DNA from: an uncultured Spirochaetota bacterium | GTDB lineage: Bacteria > Spirochaetota > Brevinematia > Brevinematales > JAOACQ01 | Direction: 5' to 3' | DNA: 64,000 nucleotides | NCBI GenBank assembly: GCA_963768055.1 | Contig: CAVYGN010000002.1 | Coordinates: 608,001 to 672,000, forward strand | In this document: positions 62,232-64,000 of the stretch, one piece after another | Layout: every line of letters begins with the position of its first letter | Position numbering within the stretch: the first letter of the stretch is position 1 | Program-made: the position numbers and the translations under genes | Notes under the pieces: model-generated | The model's database searches: none | What the model saw: the letters and a program-made list of their open reading frames with translations, nothing else | What the model was told of the DNA's origin: nothing

Positions 62232-64000
62232 TTAATCAGACAGTTCCATTTCCCTGGCACAGTCTTTAATTTTTTCAATTACGATGAAACTTTCCATTTT
62301 AAGTTCTTCCTGCATTTTATTATATTTTTGCATATCCGATAATTTAGATTCACCCTGGTATTTTATAATCATTTTCGATAAATTCGCGATCTCTCTGCTC
62401 AAATATTGCGCTTTTAACCTGTAGGCGGATTCCCTTATAATTGAAGAGGATATTTTTTCGCTTTGCGCGTATTCAGAAACTCTGTCAAAGATTTCTCCTT
62501 TCTCCAGGGACGCTATAATTTCTCCTGTATTGATCGGGGTGTTATCCCGTAAAATTGAAAAAATCTTGCGGGCCTCATTATCTAAAAACATATCATCCTT
62601 TAATATACTCCCTATTTCAGTTATCAATTCCGGTTTATTTAACAGCATACCGATAATCTCGGATTCGAGATTATTCATTGCCGGCATTTTTAAAGCGGCG
62701 TCATTAATAATTATTCCTGTACTTTTTTCGTCCCTTAAATAATTCTGGTATTCCGATAAAATGACAGTATAATCTTCCCTGATAAAATCACCGATTTTTT
62801 TTAAATATTCCTCCCTGACGATAGAACTCTTTACCTTTTTTACAAATGGGAAAATGGAGAGAACAAATTTAACCTTATTTTTCGCCGCATCAACTTTTCT
62901 GGCAAAATATTTGATCTTGAAATCAATCGGGAGAAGCCTTTTATCCGTCTTGTATTTTAAAAAAGCATTTTTGCCTTTTTCCATTACGAAATCATACGGG
63001 TCCTTTTTCCCGGGTAAAATCACTACAGTTTGATTTAATTCGCTGTCAGCGGATACATCCAGCGCCCTATTTGCCGCGTTAATTCCCGCTTCATCTCCGT
63101 CAAATATGAAAACCACGCTTTCCGCGAACCTTTTTAAAATGGCAAGCTGGTTAATGGTGAGAGCCGTGCCGAGAGGGGCTACAGCGTTCTTTATACCGTT
63201 CTGATTAAGGGCTATGACATCCATATACCCTTCAACTATAAGCGCTTCTTTCTTTTTAATTATTTCATCCTTTGCAAAATTTAAAGAAAAAAGAAGCCCC
63301 CCTTTATGAAACACCGGATTTTCAGGACTATTGAGGTATTTTGCCTGGCTCTTATCCTCCGACAGGATACGGCCGCCGAAACCGACTGTATTCCCATCCC
63401 TGTCGAAAATCGGAAAAATAATCCTGTCCTTGAACCTGTCAAAAAGACCGTCATTCCCCTGGCATGCCACTCCGGATTTCAGGATAAGATCATCCCCAAA
63501 ACCCTTACCCTTTAAAAACCCGGTCAACTTGTTCCAATTATTTCCTCCGAAACCTATACGAAAATCCTTTATTGTTTCTTCTGTAAGCCTTCTTTTTTTT
63601 AAATATTCCCTGGCTCCCTCCGCTTCGTTAGATTCAAGTAATTTGTGAAAATAGAGCATAGATTCTTTATTTATTTTTAGAAGCAAATCTTTTTCCTTTA
63701 CTGACACAAAATCCTTTTCACTGGAATATCCGGATAAATCTATTGAAGCCGTTTTTGCGAGTTCCTGAAGAGCTTCAATAAAACTTAACTTCCGGAATTC
63801 CATTAAAAAATGCAACGTGTTTCCCGAGGCTCCGCAACCGAAGCAATGATAAAGCCGTTTTTCTTCGCTGATAGAAAATGAAGGTGTTTTTTCCTGATGG
63901 AAAGGGCATAAAGCCAGGTAATTTCTCCCGCTCTTTTTAACTTCAGTATATTTTCCAATTACTTCGACTATAGAAACCCGATCGAGAATATTCCCGATGA
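62232..64000 (-). CDS. dnaG: DNA primase, 5' end beyond window
   Basis: Frame is open to the window end and includes zinc finger CPFH...CFGC; FGGR, KYLNSPE, VEGYMD, FDGD.AG. Confidence 0.97.
   Translation of the reverse strand, partial: IGNILDRVSIVEVIGKYTEVKKSGRNYLALCPFHQEKTPSFSISEEKRLYHCFGCGASGNTLHFLMEFRKLSFIEALQELAKTASIDLSGYSSEKDFVSVKEKDLLLKINKESMLYFHKLLESNEAEGAREYLKKRRLTEETIKDFRIGFGGNNWNKLTGFLKGKGFGDDLILKSGVACQGNDGLFDRFKDRIIFPIFDRDGNTVGFGGRILSEDKSQAKYLNSPENPVFHKGGLLFSLNFAKDEIIKKKEALIVEGYMDVIALNQNGIKNAVAPLGTALTINQLAILKRFAESVVFIFDGDEAGINAANRALDVSADSELNQTVVILPGKKDPYDFVMEKGKNAFLKYKTDKRLLPIDFKIKYFARKVDAAKNKVKFVLSIFPFVKKVKSSIVREEYLKKIGDFIREDYTVILSEYQNYLRDEKSTGIIINDAALKMPAMNNLESEIIGMLLNKPELITEIGSILKDDMFLDNEARKIFSILRDNTPINTGEIIASLEKGEIFDRVSEYAQSEKISSSIIRESAYRLKAQYLSREIANLSKMIIKYQGESKLSDMQKYNKMQEELKMESFIVIEKIKDCAREMELSD

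Noticed and set aside
560..63648. Numerous 60-200 aa ORFs antisense to or nested in long genes (e.g. 873-1346, 6939-7532, 10285-10809, 33467-34021, 60252-60671)
   Set aside because: Shadow ORFs of well-supported genes; no RBS or family motifs
1..64000. Alternative genetic code or selenocysteine/pyrrolysine recoding
   Set aside because: Conserved genes translate full length with the standard code and end at TAA, TAG or TGA; no in-frame stops at conserved positions

Overview
AT-rich, gene-dense bacterial chromosome segment, most likely from an anaerobic free-living spirochaete (Brevinematales-like; inferred from gene content and spirochaete-type hypothetical proteins, not from a search). It is mostly core genome: a 5'-truncated [FeFe]-hydrogenase, proA-nadD, murA, GTP-PEPCK, glgX, aconitase, lysS, cdaA/cdaR, queA, dprA, polA, serC, ssb, fliA-hpf-hprK-ptsH-ntrY-ntrX, an HD-GYP protein, valS, thiS, speD, rpoD and a dnaG that runs off the right edge. 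There is also a six-gene TPR/envelope operon (13050-19666) and a small decayed accessory patch (~25.3-31.2 kb) with an IS3-family element and gene fragments next to tRNA-Glu(CTC)/tRNA-Gln(CTG). No CRISPR array, rRNA or prophage was seen. The best leads are a stand-alone protein built from 21-aa A(H/Y)E repeats, a strong (T/S)N dipeptide enrichment in exported proteins (possible unconventional modification motif), a membrane TPR protein with an apparently inactive Mrr-like domain, an A11 tract in the spacer of a predicted fliA promoter, and a stand-alone MshEN-like protein. All assignments come from reading motifs by eye; no database search was run.
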